From positions 40,052,001 to 40,116,000 of the forward strand of contig JANJGN010000026.1 of NCBI GenBank assembly GCA_026770705.1: a stretch of 64,000 bases of DNA, given 5' to 3'. The notes beneath the pieces were generated by a model. The model did not search any database, was not told where the DNA came from, and saw only the letters and a list, made by a program, of their open reading frames with translations. This document shows positions 61,266 through 64,000 of the stretch, in pieces (the first letter of the stretch is position 1; each line of letters begins with the position of its first letter). The DNA is from Isurus oxyrinchus. Lineage: Eukaryota. A program made the position numbers and the translations under genes.

Positions 61266-62430
61266 ACTTTATAGACATATATCTCTCTGTGTATGTATGG
61301 TTCTCCTTGGCCTCGTGTGGCTGTGTGTGCGTGCTTGAGTTGATGCACTTCAGAGTACGTGTTTGATTTTACATGTCTGTGTGTGCACCTGCAAGTGCTT
61401 TTATGTATTTCCCTGTGTGCTTATCTCTGCGTGTGTCCTTTGTGTGGGTCTGTGCCGCCATAGTTTTTCCAATGCCGTGTCAGAGGCTTCGCCTGGACAC
61501 AGCAGGGCTCTACTGGGACATTTGATGAAGAATTTTCAACCCAAATACAGTTGAATTAGGTCAGTAACCTCCATACTTTTGTGCTAATTCTGGACATGTG
61601 ATGAATGGACCACATTACCTCCAAGAATTACTTCACGTTTGAACTTAATAAAAAACAGGAGTGAATAGTCCCACAGAGAGAAAAGAGAGTAAAATAGGCA
61701 GAAAGTGATATTGAGAGAAAAAGAGTAACCCAGAGGGAAACAAGTAGACAAAGCTAGAGGAGAAAGAGGAAGTGAGAGGGAGAAACAAGTAGTATTGGGG
61801 GGGGGGGGCGGAGAAATATGGGGTGATGTTGGCGGGGTGCAGAATGTGCGGCATTCTATGTGAAATCCCTCTTTATACCGGCTGTGCGTATTAGTCATGG
61901 TCATTGAGAAGCTTTTTTAACGGGAGACTCGAACTCTGGTCAGGGAACAACTTTAAATATTACCCATTATCGTTCCGCATCAAAGATTGACCCCCTTAAA
62001 GAAACTATATCGGCTTCAATGCAGTTTTCATTATTCTCTACTTCAGAGCGTAGTCGCTGAGTTGATGTTAGACTGAGGTTGCTAGATCTATGGGTATGAA
62101 GAGACCTGGATTTAGTGCAGGAAGGTAGATGAGAGTTAGATAGGTAGATTAGAGATAGCTGGTGCTGCAGGGTCGAGAGACCGAATGCCCGACTCCAGCT
62201 CTTGTTTCATATGTTCTTATGCTCTCTCTCCTTATTTGGAGCTCTCTGGCGTCACGAATTGAAGGAACTGTGAGCTGATTGGGTGAATTGAAGGACAAAG
62301 AGCTGTGAACTCAGCTAGGAATAAACCAATCGGGCGCGGGACTGGATATTATTCAACATCTTCTTAACTCTTCACTAAAACAATTCTGGTTGGAATCAGT
62401 CTATTCAAATCCACCATCGGCTCTGCAAAC

Positions 62431-62975
62431 ATATTGTCTGTTCATTCTTCACAGCTGCGATTCTCTTAACTGGTAAATAGCCAAGTTACGCAATTTTCAT
62501 TTTGCAGGCTATACTGGCACAGTGATCTTCCTTTTAACTATGTTTTCCTTTTATTTGTAAAGGGCTCCGTTAACATGATAACCCTGATTGTAACAGTGAT
62601 AATAAAAAGTTGAAGTTCTGTACTTTGAATTTTCTGCAGACTCGGTGTTACAGGAGCCGGTTGCAGGGGCACAGTTTGAAGGAGACTCGCTGACCATTAA
62701 TTTCAGCTATTCGACCACGATTGGTTTCTGCTTCTTGCAACTGTACCGTCAGGAAGGCGAGAGAGCCCCCACAATATTGACCTGTATCCCTTCCGCTGGG
62801 GTTGTTTTCACTGCAGAGGGCGCGAGGGCTCGATCATCTGCATCTCTCGACACTTCCAGAAGTGAGGAGAATTTCGCCATCCGTGACCTGCGGCTGCCTG
62901 ACAGCGCGGTGTATTACTGCGGGCTGAGAGACACAGTGACAGGAACCAGAGGGAGCCTTCCTCGTAGAGGAACAC
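62431..62975 (+). pseudogene. C23F/W41L-family V pseudogene; exon 62640-62931, heptamer 62932-62938
   Basis: ATG lost; QEPVAGAQFEGDSLTINFSYSTTIGFCFLQLYRQEGERAPTIL...SASLDTSRSEENFAIRDLRLPDSAVYYCGLR; CACAGTG with degraded nonamer. Confidence 0.9.
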
Positions 62976-64000
62976 TGCAGAAACGTGACCCGTTGAACGG
63001 AATGGCGGGTAGAGTGGGGAGGAACAAAGACTTTCAAAGCATCTAACCGGAATGTGCTCATTGAAAGTAAATCCAAATAAGTAACAACCGGCTAGCAGCA
63101 GGTGCGGCATTTCGAAATTTTCCATTTACATTGAATGCATTCTGAACATCATGTAAAATGTGTTCAGAAAATTCATCCCATTTTGTAAATGAGAGGTACA
63201 ACGGCAGAAATGCTGAGCAAAGTAGTTGACCTTATGTTCCAGCCGGTACAGGGGGTACATACAACACAAATGCAGCATCAGTTATATATCACTGAAGGGA
63301 CGCGCAGCAAAGAAGAACAAAGGCTTTGCATTTTCATGAAGCCTTATCTGGTGTGTTCATATTTCCCAAAGCGCATCCAGTGCTCAAACTTTCTGACATT
63401 GTTAAAAAAAAAGCTTTAGTATTCAGTCGGTTGTCTGAACATCTGTTCCGGTGCCTAAGACACAGCAGCCTGTCCTTGTCGATTATGCAATCTATTAATC
63501 ATTGTTCATCAGCTTCTAATCATGTCTTGAAAATAACCTCTTTGTGCCTGTTTATATTATAGATTCTTAATTTCAATATATGGAAGCAACTAATATTGAG
63601 AGATATTTAATGAGACCATTATCTTTATTCGGATCCTCCTCACCTGGTGGCCTTATGTCCCACAACTGGTTATTTCAACTTAAAAGAGAAACATTTGTTC
63701 CTTTGCCGTGAGTTATTTTATAAACAGCAGTGCACCGATATAAATGGATCCCGGCCACCTTCATGTGTTTGTATTCTCAATGGATATGGCGACCACTGAG
63801 ACATTCCCAAATAAACAACAGGATTCTGCCCCACACATTTAATACAGTAATCAGACTGAATCAATATTCAATGTGAGCGATTTTAGATGGTGCTTATGTG
63901 GATTGTGTCCGTACATGATGGACTGACGTGTCAGTGTCTGACCCGCTGTTATAAACATCCCTCAACAGACACCAGCTGTGCCCCAGAAAACTGCAGCAGT

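Noticed and set aside
63815-64000. Possible FR3 relic (KSLTLNIDSV...CGAE) on the minus strand
   Set aside because: Too degenerate and cut by the window edge.

Overview
This window is vertebrate genomic DNA, most likely from a cartilaginous fish (shark-type CR1, L2-like, Tx1 and Penelope elements and tRNA/Deu SINEs). It covers part of a T-cell receptor alpha/delta V-segment array. I recognise about 29 V segments or V remnants from roughly a dozen families, on both strands. Most have a leader exon, a phase-1 intron, a V exon and a 3' 23-type RSS. Only three look intact: about 24.0-24.5 kb (-), 34.4-35.0 kb (+) and 59.3-59.9 kb (-). I found no D, J or C segments. The unusual signals are: (1) an intact, perfectly RSS-flanked V whose family lacks Cys23 and Trp41; (2) a duplicated tandem cassette in which an ordinary V is followed by an apparently leaderless V lacking both canonical cysteines; (3) a three-copy V family with leader and V in one exon (no leader intron); (4) CTCF-like motifs placed in stereotyped positions just 3' of RSSs and in V promoters; (5) a group of Vs with 24-bp RSS spacers, and recurrent small deletions at heptamers. 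All calls were made by eye; family assignments and novelty need database checks.
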